A DNA stretch of 64,000 nucleotides from a virus, in the IMG/VR virus record IMGVR_UViG_3300029286_000024, positions 18,013-82,012 of that record. One strand, 5' to 3'. The notes under the pieces were generated by a model. That model saw only the letters and a program-made list of their open reading frames with translations, was not told the DNA's origin and made no database searches. Shown here one piece after another: positions 19,693-29,816 of the stretch; positions within the stretch are counted from its first letter, which is position 1, and each line of letters begins with the position of its first letter. The position numbers were made by a program, and so were the translations under genes.

Positions 19693-20194
19693 AGATATAC
19701 CCTATCACATTCGGTGGGAGAAGTCAAGCATTACTTCAAACAATATTTTTGGGGTTGGGTGCACTCCTGTCCATCCCATACCCTTCTCTGTATTCTACCT
19801 CTTTTTTCTATATGGTAAAAGTTTTTGAGGTAGCCGCACTTCTGACAGTCTTGTTTTTCGCAAGCTGAAATTGTTTTGGGAAATGGTTTCTTGTTTTTCA
19901 TACGCATACCTTATCACATTCGGTGGGTAAAGTCAAGAACTTTTATGGAAAAGATTAACAGGTTCCCATAAGAAATCCCATAACTCTACAAGCCATGACT
20001 TAAATCTTTTCATTACTTCCTGTTTTGTCTGCGAGCCTTTTTCTGATTGCGCTGTTGTCTTGAGGCCGGCGAATTTCCACGCTTGGGTATTTGGAAACTT
20101 CGTCGTTCCGTATATCCAAGAGAATCCATCCATCCTAACGTCATCGCTTGTGCAAGTATACTATTCATTATCATACTCCTTTAGTTGACAAACA

Positions 20195-20380
20195 TTAGTC
20201 CTGTAAAAGAACTTCAATCGCTTCATCCTGAATCTGGGTTCGCACCATTACTCTATTTTTCTTTTCTCCATGTTGCCTGCTGTATACAACCCATTCTTCA
20301 TTGTCCCATACCATCCAACGTTTTCCATTGACAAGACGAATATCGTTTTTCCTCATTGCTGAATCAATGTTCATAATCAT
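20195..20380 (-). CDS. Hypothetical protein
   Basis: AAGGAG RBS. Confidence 0.6.
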   Translation of the reverse strand: MIMNIDSAMRKNDIRLVNGKRWMVWDNEEWVVYSRQHGEKKNRVMVRTQIQDEAIEVLLQD

Positions 20381-21002
20381 ACTCCTTTAGTTGATTGACA
20401 AACTCCTGATATTCCTCTTCGATTAAACTATCCCACGTTGGCAGAGTTGAAACGCATCGGTCAAAGAGGGGATTGATGATTGCCGCCGTTTTCTGCCACC
20501 ATTCAGGGAACAGAACCAATTTCTTTTCGCAACGCCCCGCATAGATAGCCGAAGAAATAGTAACAGGAGACAGGATATAACGTCTCAATTCAAGATTAGC
20601 ATAGGCGTAAGTATGATCGCATTTGTCACGGACTTTTTTGCTTTGAATGCTATCCTTGAAGGGAAGCATATTATAGCGTCTCATGCAAAGTTGTTTACGA
20701 GGCAAGAAAGTATTCAAGAAAGCCTCTAGGGACTTTTCGCCATCGGGTAGAACGTCAAGCAATGGCCCTTGAACATTCTTAGGGTCTTGATGATCGTAGT
20801 AACAAGAACCATATAGATTTTTGCGAGAATTGAAATGATTACTTGCCCATTTTTCAAGAGAGGGGTAGCGTTGTTCATAGGGGGCATAATCGGAAAAACC
20901 AAGAGCAGGGGTGCCACCTACTATGATCCAAAGACGGATTTGCTCTCCGTCAACCTCAAAAGTTGTTTCGCAAGCAGAAGTTTTTAGTTGTTTGATGTCC
21001 AT
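20364..21002 (-). CDS. Hypothetical protein
   Basis: Start reassigned to MDIKQ after AGGAG. Confidence 0.7.
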   Translation of the reverse strand: MDIKQLKTSACETTFEVDGEQIRLWIIVGGTPALGFSDYAPYEQRYPSLEKWASNHFNSRKNLYGSCYYDHQDPKNVQGPLLDVLPDGEKSLEAFLNTFLPRKQLCMRRYNMLPFKDSIQSKKVRDKCDHTYAYANLELRRYILSPVTISSAIYAGRCEKKLVLFPEWWQKTAAIINPLFDRCVSTLPTWDSLIEEEYQEFVNQLKEYDYEH

Positions 21003-21049
21003 GTTTTCTCCTATTGTTAAAGAGAGATTACCACAAAGAGGGAAGAATG

Positions 21050-21232
21050 TCAAAACAATTTTAGTATCATTAGGATATTGATGGCACTCCCTATGGTCAT
21101 GATTGCCATACAGGTTTGCGTAAATTGGTTAGTAAGTTCGGGTCTGAAAATTCCTATCGCAAAAGCAGTTCCGCAACACAAAAAAGCGATAGACGGACAA
21201 ATGATTACCAAGAGTTTTTTTGCTTTGCTCAT
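21050..21232 (-). CDS. Small two-TM membrane protein
   Basis: Hydrophobic; stop in -35. Confidence 0.65.
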   Translation of the reverse strand: MSKAKKLLVIICPSIAFLCCGTAFAIGIFRPELTNQFTQTCMAIMTIGSAINILMILKLF

Positions 21233-21278
21233 TTTTCTCCTATTGTTTAAGAGAGGGTATCACAAAAGGGAAAGAATG

Positions 21279-21467
21279 TCAAGGCTTATCTTCAACGATC
21301 CGAAGTTCTTTGATGTCAGGCAACCAATACCAATCGTTACCAATATGGACATTTTTGTTTGCGACTTCCAATACGACTCCTCTTTTCTTGGTATCAATAA
21401 ATGCGCTTCTCGCATCTTCCCATTCAACAAGCTTCCCAATGAGTTTTCTAGCGTCAGGTGTTTTCAT
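21279..21467 (-). CDS. Small SH3/Sm-like hypothetical protein
   Basis: LIGKLVEW…RGVVLEV pattern; stop in -35. Confidence 0.55.
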   Translation of the reverse strand: MKTPDARKLIGKLVEWEDARSAFIDTKKRGVVLEVANKNVHIGNDWYWLPDIKELRIVEDKP

Positions 21468-21520
21468 TCTTCCCCTTATTGTTGAAAAGAGATTACCACA
21501 AAAGGGAAAGAATGTCAAGG

Positions 21521-21709
21521 TTATTTGTTTGGGTCTCTCCAAAAACAGAACTGATCGGCTAATGAAAACTCAAACAGGCCAATGGGAAAATTGTCATAGG
21601 GCATTATGTTTCCAAGAATCCAACTGCCCTGCCACTTCCCATCATAGAACATCGTTACGCTTTTCTCGCCTCTAGCACCTACATGGTCAACTCTTCCGAT
21701 TGCTTTCAT
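21521..21709 (-). CDS. Hypothetical cassette protein
   Basis: AAGGAG RBS. Confidence 0.6.
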   Translation of the reverse strand: MKAIGRVDHVGARGEKSVTMFYDGKWQGSWILGNIMPYDNFPIGLFEFSLADQFCFWRDPNK

Positions 21710-21763
21710 GTTACTCCTTATTGATTTTTGATACGAAGAGATTACCACAAATTGTTGGGAATG

Positions 21764-22087
21764 TCAAGCGCAAATGGGTTCCTTAAAAGATTTTTGTCGA
21801 ATATAAAACGGCAGTTGTTCAGGCGAATTTTTTCCCCATGGACATTCTGAATCGTAATACCTTTTCTTGAATTCAAAAAAACAATGTCCTTCGGGGTCAA
21901 CTCCATTGGTAAAGAATTCAGGATAATCGTCTCCCCATATCGCCTTACCTTCGGGAAACTTTCTCTCTAACTCTTCCGCAAAAGAATCACAATTACCACA
22001 ATTTATGGATCGAGGACTTATCCCTTGCTTGTTATATTTTTCCCTTAACCGATAAATTGCCGCTCTAACATGTTGATGTGTAGCCAT
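21764..22087 (-). CDS. Papain/transglutaminase-like small protein
   Basis: INCGNC…GHCF…YYDSE (C-H-D). Confidence 0.55.
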   Translation of the reverse strand: MATHQHVRAAIYRLREKYNKQGISPRSINCGNCDSFAEELERKFPEGKAIWGDDYPEFFTNGVDPEGHCFFEFKKRYYDSECPWGKNSPEQLPFYIRQKSFKEPICA

Positions 22088-22387
22088 TTATGCACCTACT
22101 TCTGCTGGCCCTGAGATTTGTTCATAGCCGATTTTGATACCTTGGGAAATTCCATCTTGGTGGGAAAGAGATTGAAGGGTAGCGATACGTTCAAAAATGC
22201 CTTTGATTACATTTTTTGAACAGCCCTTGGAATGGAGCAGGGTATAGATTTCCGTTTCCGCTAGAAGACGTTGGTAATTTTCTTCATCGCAATAATGAAT
22301 AAAACAGGTTCCATCGGCTTTAACGGAAAGACGATAGAGAGAACTTTCCTTGGATGGCTTTTCGAGAACTTCAATAATGTGTATCAT
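22088..22387 (-). CDS. Hypothetical protein
   Basis: GGAGG RBS. Confidence 0.7.
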   Translation of the reverse strand: MIHIIEVLEKPSKESSLYRLSVKADGTCFIHYCDEENYQRLLAETEIYTLLHSKGCSKNVIKGIFERIATLQSLSHQDGISQGIKIGYEQISGPAEVGA

Positions 22388-22435
22388 GATTTTCCTCCAT
22401 GTTTAATATGAAGGTATCACAAAATTGAAAGAATG

Positions 22436-22912
22436 TCAAGTCTCTTCTTCTTTTTCTATTTCGATATAAGAAAGATTTTCCGCAACTCCTTCCATATAAT
22501 TATCGAGCATAATATGAAGGGCTTTCTCAATGGCCTGATTAGGAGTTTTCAGGGGCTTATCAAGGAAATAGGGAACAATGTCATCAGAAGGTGGTTCCCC
22601 TGATCCATCGGGAAAGTAATGAACCCCGAAGTTATGTTTGACAATTTCGATTTGATACCAAATGGCTCCAACTTTTTCATTTTTACCAATAGTTCGGAAA
22701 CTTTCTTCGGCAGTTACAGGAGAGATAATAAGCCATTCGTCAATGATGATACAGGGATCGAAAACAGTTCCATCATGTTTTACAATGCGTCCGACCACAA
22801 CGCCATTGACTTTCTTGTTCCCGTAAGTCAGGGGATACTTCAATGCTCCGAAGTAATAACAGGCAACTTCTTCAAGGCGATTTACTGCTTGTTCGATGGT
22901 TTCAATACGCAT
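22436..22912 (-). CDS. Hypothetical protein
   Basis: GGAGG RBS; stop in -35. Confidence 0.75.
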   Translation of the reverse strand: MRIETIEQAVNRLEEVACYYFGALKYPLTYGNKKVNGVVVGRIVKHDGTVFDPCIIIDEWLIISPVTAEESFRTIGKNEKVGAIWYQIEIVKHNFGVHYFPDGSGEPPSDDIVPYFLDKPLKTPNQAIEKALHIMLDNYMEGVAENLSYIEIEKEEET

Positions 22913-22958
22913 ACTTCCTCCATGTTTGCGAAGAGATTACCACAAAACGGAAGGAATG

Positions 22959-23219
22959 TCAAGGCTTTTTTCTGAGATAAATCGGATTGAAACGAAGCCG
23001 ATTATGAGTCAATTTTGAATAGGTCTTTCTGCGGGGGAGAGATTCACAACGATTACAATATATTCGATAGCCTGCCTCATGTCCCCCATTGGTATTCTCA
23101 CCCCATTCCCCAAGTTGATCTTCCCAATAGCCATGTCTTATCTTTTGGCTATTTTTCATAGAGGCATAGAATACGGATTTGCCTCCCCTGAAATGTTTTG
23201 TTATGCGAAAATGTTTCAT
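22959..23219 (-). CDS. Hypothetical protein
   Basis: ATGA overlap with the SEC-C gene. Confidence 0.6.
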   Translation of the reverse strand: MKHFRITKHFRGGKSVFYASMKNSQKIRHGYWEDQLGEWGENTNGGHEAGYRIYCNRCESLPRRKTYSKLTHNRLRFNPIYLRKKP

Positions 23220-23470
23220 GCTTTTGATTCCTCCAATAGGCGTTGACCTTCGATGAAATCCTGTTCTAACCATGCTTGAAGTTCGGCATCCTCTTCTGCA
23301 GCCTGTTTCTTTCCCTGCTCAAAATCCTTAAGTTCACAGCATTTCTTATACTTTTTCAAAGAGCCACAGTAACAGGGGGAATTACGGCCTATCTTATGAC
23401 CGACAACTTGCTCAGTTTTTGGAACCGAAGGATACGGATTGACATAAACGAATTCTGTTTCATTGTTCAT
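23216..23470 (-). CDS. SEC-C motif (zinc-binding) protein
   Basis: IGRNSPCYCGSLKKYKKCC. Confidence 0.8.
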   Translation of the reverse strand: MNNETEFVYVNPYPSVPKTEQVVGHKIGRNSPCYCGSLKKYKKCCELKDFEQGKKQAAEEDAELQAWLEQDFIEGQRLLEESKA

Positions 23471-23682
23471 ACGAAGAGCTTATCACAAAACCTATGAAAT
23501 GTCAAGGTTTTTCTAACTTGATTACAGGAGTGTTAGTTACGCTTGCTTTGATCATTTCGATTTTCAGTTGGAGTTCTATTTGCTTGGTTTTCTCTTTCTC
23601 AATTTCAACTTTGCTTAGAGTGGTAAAGCCAGCAGCACAGATAATGCTATGAAGAACCAAGTCGTTTCGTTATCAAAAATGT

Positions 23683-24003
23683 TCATTCGTGTCCTTTTTT
23701 ACGTGCTTCTACTGCCAACTCTTCTAGTAATCTCATCCCTTCTTTTGAAGATCTCTCCCAATTCTTTTTGAGGTAATAGAGGGCGGCAGCGGTATCGGCT
23801 TTTTCTTCATCTGATTTGGTGGCAAATATAGATGATGGGAAATTACATTTTTCCAAGGTATTCCAAAGACATTGCCCCAAAATAATATGGATAACCTTTT
23901 TTGCCCCAAACTTCTCGATAGCCAAAGCAATAACATCTTCGGCTTTCAAGGTTACTTTTGTGAAGTATTCAAGGCTTGTATTTATGGGTTTCTTACTTTT
24001 CAT
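23683..24003 (-). CDS. Leaderless hypothetical protein
   Basis: Follows promoter module. Confidence 0.65.
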   Translation of the reverse strand: MKSKKPINTSLEYFTKVTLKAEDVIALAIEKFGAKKVIHIILGQCLWNTLEKCNFPSSIFATKSDEEKADTAAALYYLKKNWERSSKEGMRLLEELAVEARKKGHE

Positions 24004-24033
24004 GGCAATACTATAGCAGATTATTGGGGAATG

Positions 24034-24276
24034 TCAAGCTATTTTATCAAGCATCAGCCATTCATCGGTTTTGGCATTATAAGCGAAACGACAAGAGAAC
24101 ATGGCGTTAAGATGATCTATGAGAGCAGAATAAGCAGCTTCTTCCCCATGACCATCTTCCCATTTTAGAATAGAATCCCGATCAACAAGAATGACATTGG
24201 TTTGATCAACGGAAACGTATTTGATTCCCACAGAGCTTAGGTAATCTTCAACCTTTTTTCTATCTTCAAATTTCAT
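24034..24276 (-). CDS. Leaderless hypothetical protein
   Basis: Stop in -35. Confidence 0.7.
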   Translation of the reverse strand: MKFEDRKKVEDYLSSVGIKYVSVDQTNVILVDRDSILKWEDGHGEEAAYSALIDHLNAMFSCRFAYNAKTDEWLMLDKIA

Positions 24277-24317
24277 GCGAATAGATTACCAAAAAATTTA
24301 GGAAATGTCAAGGGAAA

Positions 24318-24668
24318 TTAGTCGTAACTCCAAGGATCAAAAGAGGATTCCCAAACAACTTCCACGCCAGAATCACATCCCTCTCCATCCGAAACAGCCT
24401 TGTAGAGAGCATTCTTGAGACGGCGACGATCAATCTGCCGATGCATTTGCTTGGTGGCAGCATCAGCATGGACCTTCTTGTAATTATCCACGTCACAAAC
24501 AAGCACCTCCTTGTAAATGCGGGAGATACCTTCGACCTGCCAATACTCCTTGCCGAAAACCTCTTCGATTTTGGGATAGAGATTGAGGGAAACATCCTTG
24601 TAGGGATTGAGGATTTCCCCGTTGTAATGTTCAAACCAACGAGACGCCTTACGAAACGTTCGAGACAT
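24318..24668 (-). CDS. Hypothetical protein (MSRTFRK...)
   Basis: AAGGAG RBS. Confidence 0.7.
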   Translation of the reverse strand: MSRTFRKASRWFEHYNGEILNPYKDVSLNLYPKIEEVFGKEYWQVEGISRIYKEVLVCDVDNYKKVHADAATKQMHRQIDRRRLKNALYKAVSDGEGCDSGVEVVWESSFDPWSYD

Positions 24669-24745
24669 ATATACTCCTTTAGACAGCTTTATTGCCGTCA
24701 TTAGTATCTAGTATGTCTCATAGCATCTCCTTTTTTTTGAATTAT

Positions 24746-24931
24746 TTAACCTACCAACTTGGGTTTTGCTTCTTTTATCAGATGAAGGTCTGCTTTTGGG
24801 TAATGGGTATCTTTGAGTTTTTTTGCTTCCTGATTTGCTAATTGAGCACTATGTAAAATGACGCCGATCCGAATAAAGTTGACGAGAATCTTAAAACCAT
24901 CTTCATCAACTACGACATCAATTTGACTCAT
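24746..24931 (-). CDS. Hypothetical protein
   Basis: GGAGG RBS. Confidence 0.65.
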   Translation of the reverse strand: MSQIDVVVDEDGFKILVNFIRIGVILHSAQLANQEAKKLKDTHYPKADLHLIKEAKPKLVG

Positions 24932-25187
24932 GCGCTACCTCCGAATCCATTGTTTGAAAGCATTGTAACACATTTCATAAAAAAAGCAAGAACTATTTTC
25001 TGTTTCTTTTTACCCATGCCAACAGGTCATCAATATCACTAGCCGTTGCAAGCTCGCCTTCGTCCTGCTCATCGAAACGCAGAATGAAACCTTTTGCGTA
25101 CCTGAGAGCCTTGACGAGTTTGTTTATGATTTGCTTATTGGTTGCTTTCTTCATATTCATTCCTTAATGGTTATACGCATCATATCA

Positions 25188-25637
25188 TTACGTGGAGGAA
25201 ATGTCAAGGCTTATCGCTAAAATCTTTTCGCTCAAATCGGGATCAGGACTTTGATTAGCCCATTGTATATCCTTACAAGAACAAATGGTTTTTACCTTTT
25301 CATAACCTACATGATTTTCGGGGACGACGAAGACTTCAGGAAGGTCAGAATCGAATTGAGTAACCGTTATATCAACAATGTTCCCATCAACTTCTACCCA
25401 ACAATGATCTGATCGAGTACCCGTGCGTTTGCAATAAAACTTTCCTGAAACCATTTGACATTCAATGTTTTGTTTTTGGAAAGCAGTAAGAAGGGTATGA
25501 GAAGCGACAGCGCACATGCAACGCAAATCATATTGGTTGTGGAAATCGTATTCTTTGGCGGCAGGAGATTCAGCAAAAGTTTCGCATTGCTTTCTAACCT
25601 GATTGGCAATAGAACGAATAACCATTTCGTTTTTCAT
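25188..25637 (-). CDS. Transglutaminase/papain-like (lasso-B-like) protein
   Basis: CAVAS…DHCWVEVDGNIVDITVTQF. Confidence 0.65.
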   Translation of the reverse strand: MKNEMVIRSIANQVRKQCETFAESPAAKEYDFHNQYDLRCMCAVASHTLLTAFQKQNIECQMVSGKFYCKRTGTRSDHCWVEVDGNIVDITVTQFDSDLPEVFVVPENHVGYEKVKTICSCKDIQWANQSPDPDLSEKILAISLDISST

Positions 25638-25871
25638 GCGTATACCCTATCACATTCAGTGGGTAATGTCAAGGATTATCGCCAATGTATTTTCCATCCT
25701 GCTATATGAAGCCACTTTCTAATAGTGGACGGATGTTTTTTTGCTGAGGCGGCGATTTCCTTAATGGATTGTCCTGAGCGATAGCAATTTTTAGCAGATA
25801 TGATAGCGCATACCCTTGCAAATCTTTCCATTCTTTTCATGCGCATACCCTATCACATTCAGTGGGTAATG

Positions 25872-26252
25872 TCAACAATTAAATACTCGGAAGTCCATCA
25901 TGATAAAGGGATTTTCGTAGCCTAATGACATCTTCCCAAACTTCCAAGATTCATATTTCTGCTTCGGCATTTCAACAAACTCAACAGCCGAAACCAAGGT
26001 ATGTCGTTTCATTACACGCTTGATTATCCAAGTAGCTTTTCGTAAACTGATTCCTTCTTTGAAAAGATAACCGCTATTGAATAAACAGCTTTTCTTTACG
26101 ACAGGCAAGGTTATGAAGATTCGGAAACTTGCATCGTCACTCCAATCATCAACCGAAACATCTATATCCGCTCGCCCTGTTGATAATCGAAAAGCAGTCT
26201 CTAACTCTGCTGCTATCTTTCGAGCCTTGGTAATCTGATTTTCAGTGGTCAT
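25872..26252 (-). CDS. Hypothetical protein
   Basis: ATGA-coupled; stop in -35. Confidence 0.7.
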   Translation of the reverse strand: MTTENQITKARKIAAELETAFRLSTGRADIDVSVDDWSDDASFRIFITLPVVKKSCLFNSGYLFKEGISLRKATWIIKRVMKRHTLVSAVEFVEMPKQKYESWKFGKMSLGYENPFIMMDFRVFNC

Positions 26253-26647
26253 CCAAATTTTTCCTTTAGCCGTTGATACTCCGCAAGTTCCTTAGTATGA
26301 ACATCTTGTGCTTCGACCTGCTGCATGATTCCAAGGATATTATTTGCTTTCAGTAGTCGTTGGATTTCCTGTTCAGCATCGCAAAAGGTAAATTCAGGAG
26401 AGCCATAGCAAGGGTAGCTCAAGGTCTGTTGAAGAAACCTAACCTTATCGGAAATGGTGGTAAAGTATTCTTCCCAAAAGCCAAGCTGATTGTAGTGAGC
26501 GATATGGCCGAACGTATTGGAAAGCCGTTGATAAAACTTCTTGGTAAAGAGATGTTGAGGAAATCCCTTTTCGACAAAGGCCATAAATTGTTTCACGAAT
26601 TTCGCCTTGTCTTCTGCCGTACTGAATTTTGTAGCCGTGTAGTTCAT
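26249..26647 (-). CDS. Hypothetical phage protein
   Basis: AGGAG RBS; FTKKFYQRLS…FGHIAHYN motif. Confidence 0.7.
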   Translation of the reverse strand: MNYTATKFSTAEDKAKFVKQFMAFVEKGFPQHLFTKKFYQRLSNTFGHIAHYNQLGFWEEYFTTISDKVRFLQQTLSYPCYGSPEFTFCDAEQEIQRLLKANNILGIMQQVEAQDVHTKELAEYQRLKEKFG

Positions 26648-26700
26648 GTTTCTCCTATTGTTGAAGAAGAGATTACCACAATGAATAGGAAATGTCAAGA

Positions 26701-26892
26701 CTAAATCATTGCGAGTTGGAGAACAGGATGCCCTTCATCAAGAGCCGTAGCAACATCTTTTGACGATATTTCCACGCTTGAAACGGGATAGCATTCATCA
26801 ATTTCAGGATTGTAAACTGTTACGTTCGCATCCTTCCATTCAGGAGACATGGCATTAATCGCTTCTGCTAATTGACGATAGGTTAGATTCAT
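26701..26892 (-). CDS. Hypothetical protein
   Basis: ATGA-coupled. Confidence 0.65.
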   Translation of the reverse strand: MNLTYRQLAEAINAMSPEWKDANVTVYNPEIDECYPVSSVEISSKDVATALDEGHPVLQLAMI

Positions 26893-27251
26893 GTTATCCT
26901 TTTGGCTTTTTGCAGAGCTTTATCATAACCATCGAGCCAAGCAATACGCAGAAACTTTACTTCCTGCTCTGAAAATGAAATACCATGCATTCGAGCAAGA
27001 GCATCTAAAAAGAAAGTAATTTCTGTTTCTACTTCCTGTTGAAATTTTGTGTTGATTCTAACTACTTCGCTGATTTCGGGATTGAGGGCAAAAGGAATAT
27101 TGGCGCAACGATGATCTTTGGGACATACCAATTTTCCAAAAGGTTCGCCGTCTAATTCAACGACAATGATGCTATAACCAAAATCGCATCGTAGAACATC
27201 GCCATAGAATATTTCTTTACCGTTCTTGTCTTTCTGTCCTGTAGTTTTCAT
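26889..27251 (-). CDS. YopX-like domain protein
   Basis: TGQKDKNGKEIFYGDVL matches the YopX TGLKDKNGKEIYEGDI motif. Confidence 0.65.
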   Translation of the reverse strand: MKTTGQKDKNGKEIFYGDVLRCDFGYSIIVVELDGEPFGKLVCPKDHRCANIPFALNPEISEVVRINTKFQQEVETEITFFLDALARMHGISFSEQEVKFLRIAWLDGYDKALQKAKRIT

Positions 27252-27282
27252 GCGCATACCTTACCACAATGAATAAGAAATG

Positions 27283-28026
27283 TCAAGGATTTTCAAAAGA
27301 AAGTATTTCAACTTTAGGAGAAGCATCTACCCATTCACTCGCAAATGCAGAAGTATCAACAGAAGAACAGCTTAGAGTACAAGTGGGATACCCTTCAAGA
27401 AACGAAGAAAATGTTTTTGATTTACGTTCAAGATAACATTGCCTGCCGCTGTATTCAAACGGACAACTACCTTGGGGAAGAATAAAGGTTCCTGCATTGG
27501 CTACTTCTATTGCCACGCCTAATGTCATCAGGTCTGCCACGCCGTTATATTTAAGCCATTCTCCTTTGGTCTGCCCGATTTGTCCGAAAGGTGGATTAGA
27601 AACCGCAAAATCAAATTGGCCTAACTTATCCCATAATTTCTTATCAAAAATGTCTCCTTGAACCCATGTTGCTTCGGGGACTAATTTCCTACCAACTTCA
27701 AGAAATCTTTGGTTACGTTCGACACAAACCACTTTCAGTTTGAGACTTTCGCATCCTTGAATCGTTGCTGTATCTATGGCGGCTCTTGAAAGTCCTCCAA
27801 TACCCGCAGCAATATCTACCAACGTTCCTGATTCGGGAGTATACATAGCCACAGCATAAGTCATATTGATCGGGGTAAAAAAGGCGGCAATCTTCCCTAC
27901 CAATTCATCATAAGACGGTTGATAGTTCTCAAAGACAAATTCCCTTTCGGTCATTTTAAGGGTATGCTTTTTGAGAAGGTCAATGGCTTGTTCGTGCAGC
28001 TTGATTTTCTGTTTCGATAATTTCAT
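27283..28026 (-). CDS. SAM-dependent amino (N6-adenine-type) methyltransferase
   Basis: Motif I VDIAAGIG, motif IV SNPPF. Confidence 0.8.
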   Translation of the reverse strand: MKLSKQKIKLHEQAIDLLKKHTLKMTEREFVFENYQPSYDELVGKIAAFFTPINMTYAVAMYTPESGTLVDIAAGIGGLSRAAIDTATIQGCESLKLKVVCVERNQRFLEVGRKLVPEATWVQGDIFDKKLWDKLGQFDFAVSNPPFGQIGQTKGEWLKYNGVADLMTLGVAIEVANAGTFILPQGSCPFEYSGRQCYLERKSKTFSSFLEGYPTCTLSCSSVDTSAFASEWVDASPKVEILSFENP

Positions 28027-28049
28027 GTGTTGACATTACCATAATTCAT

Positions 28050-28511
28050 TCAGGAAGTCAAGATTAGAATTGCTTTATCTGCATCGGCTTCATTCATACC
28101 TTTTTCAGAATCAGTTTGAACATGACGATGCCCATGAGGATCAATGTCTGAGTCGTCATCAAGAATTACAAAAGATTCCACGTCAGAATGTTTATTAAGC
28201 CATAAGGTAATTTCATGTCCACGATGTTCGCTTAAACAAAAAGGGGTTTTATCAATAAGAGCATCGGCAGGCAAACCACATTCCGTAAATAGCTCTTTCA
28301 TTACGAGCATAGCATCTTTTTGGGAGACGATTTTCCCTCCGTCTTTCCTCCAATCAATAAAGCCATGTCGCCAACAACTTGATAGGACAATTTTAGCTCC
28401 TGTAACATCAAGCAACCTTTTCAGGGCTTTGACGCAATCAGGATCAAAGGTTTTCCATTTTGTTCCTAGAGTGGTGAGTACTCCGTCAATATCAAGTGCT
28501 ATAACTTTCAT
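28050..28511 (-). CDS. HAD-family phosphatase (Swiss-Army-knife RNA-repair-like)
   Basis: LDIDGVL, LSSCWR, FVILDD motifs. Confidence 0.8.
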   Translation of the reverse strand: MKVIALDIDGVLTTLGTKWKTFDPDCVKALKRLLDVTGAKIVLSSCWRHGFIDWRKDGGKIVSQKDAMLVMKELFTECGLPADALIDKTPFCLSEHRGHEITLWLNKHSDVESFVILDDDSDIDPHGHRHVQTDSEKGMNEADADKAILILTS

Positions 28512-28546
28512 GCGTATACCCTATCACATTCAGTGGGTAATGTCAA

Positions 28547-28587
28547 GAAAAACTAAGGGCGGCTAGGGGAACAACGCCTAGCCGCCC
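28547..28587 (-). terminator. Intrinsic terminator
   Basis: gggcggctagg…cctagccgccc hairpin with T-run on the minus strand. Confidence 0.7.
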
Positions 28588-28609
28588 ACGCAACGGAGGA
28601 ACGAGCGAA

Positions 28610-29230
28610 TCATTTGGCTACAGAAGCAGGCGTTTGAGCCTCCTTGCTAATCATATCCGTAACTTTCCCAATCATTTTGATAATGTCGGAAAGGTCGCCG
28701 CTTTGACGGATATTGCCAAGATTAATGGGAGTTGTCATGCCATCCCCAAAACCCATAATAGGCCCATCAGCAAGAAACTTGGAGTTAGGCGGCAGAAGAT
28801 CACGAAGAGCCTTACGTAGAGCCTCTTCCTTATCGTTCACTTTATGGTCTTCGACAAAATCAAGCTCAGGGTCATAGCCTTCAACTATAGAACCCTTGAA
28901 GAACTTGGAACAACGCTTTTGGAAGATTTGATAATCTCTTGCAATGCCGTACTTATTTTCGGCCTTTTCGCTGATAGGAGAGCCGCTTTGACGAACAGCC
29001 TTTACCGTAGCAAAAGCAACTCCTGCATCGGCATTGAAACTATCGCCTGCATGGAACTTAACTACGCTCCATCCTGTTTTAACAACCAAATTACCAATAT
29101 TGATACCGACGAAGGTTCCGATTCGCCCCACTTGCTTCTTTTCCCTGACAATGAGCTTACCCTTTGCATCCCTTGTCTTGGTAATGACTACGTGCGGCCT
29201 GACTACGTGTTGAACTAGCATCTTTTCCAT
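28610..29230 (-). CDS. Hypothetical protein
   Basis: 206 aa, GGAG RBS, own terminator. Confidence 0.75.
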   Translation of the reverse strand: MEKMLVQHVVRPHVVITKTRDAKGKLIVREKKQVGRIGTFVGINIGNLVVKTGWSVVKFHAGDSFNADAGVAFATVKAVRQSGSPISEKAENKYGIARDYQIFQKRCSKFFKGSIVEGYDPELDFVEDHKVNDKEEALRKALRDLLPPNSKFLADGPIMGFGDGMTTPINLGNIRQSGDLSDIIKMIGKVTDMISKEAQTPASVAK

Positions 29231-29300
29231 ATGTCCTCCGATGTTTTTCCTACATTGTTGCGATCATCATAACAGATTTTATTAGAAAGTCAAGAACTAT

Positions 29301-29762
29301 TTAGCGATTAATACTTATTCTATATCCTTCGGGTGGTCTTCGGGTTCCCCATATTTTCTTAGAAGCCCAACGGATATGCGCTTTGAACCATTCATCTATG
29401 AGTGGTTTATTCTTAGGATTTCCCAGTCTTTCCACATCAATGATTAAATGTCGAAGTACATTAACGCTAGGATTTGGTATTACTTTTGGAGAAGCAAACA
29501 GAACTCGAATACAGGGGCATGTTGCTTGGGAACCCTTAAGTTTCCCCAACACTTTTTCAACAGCATAAACCCAAAGACAATTTTCACAAAGATACTCATA
29601 TTCATGGAAGCAATGAGGGCAATGTGTAGCTGAACCGCATGTAAGAGTTAATGCCCCCTTATTTCTTTGGATAATTTGTCGGGCATGTTGTTTGGTAGAA
29701 ATCGAAGCGAGAAGTGTAAGAATCTTCTGCGATTGTTTCCAAGTAACTTTCAATGTTTTCAT
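29301..29762 (-). CDS. Cys-rich hypothetical protein, paralog of 29817..30257
   Basis: Shared KQSQ…STK.HA.QII.RN, CPHC, NCLW, AHIRWAS. Confidence 0.75.
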   Translation of the reverse strand: MKTLKVTWKQSQKILTLLASISTKQHARQIIQRNKGALTLTCGSATHCPHCFHEYEYLCENCLWVYAVEKVLGKLKGSQATCPCIRVLFASPKVIPNPSVNVLRHLIIDVERLGNPKNKPLIDEWFKAHIRWASKKIWGTRRPPEGYRISINR

Positions 29763-29816
29763 TTTGCTCCTATGTTTGAAGAAGAGCCTAACATAATCAC
29801 CAAAGAAAGTCAAGAA

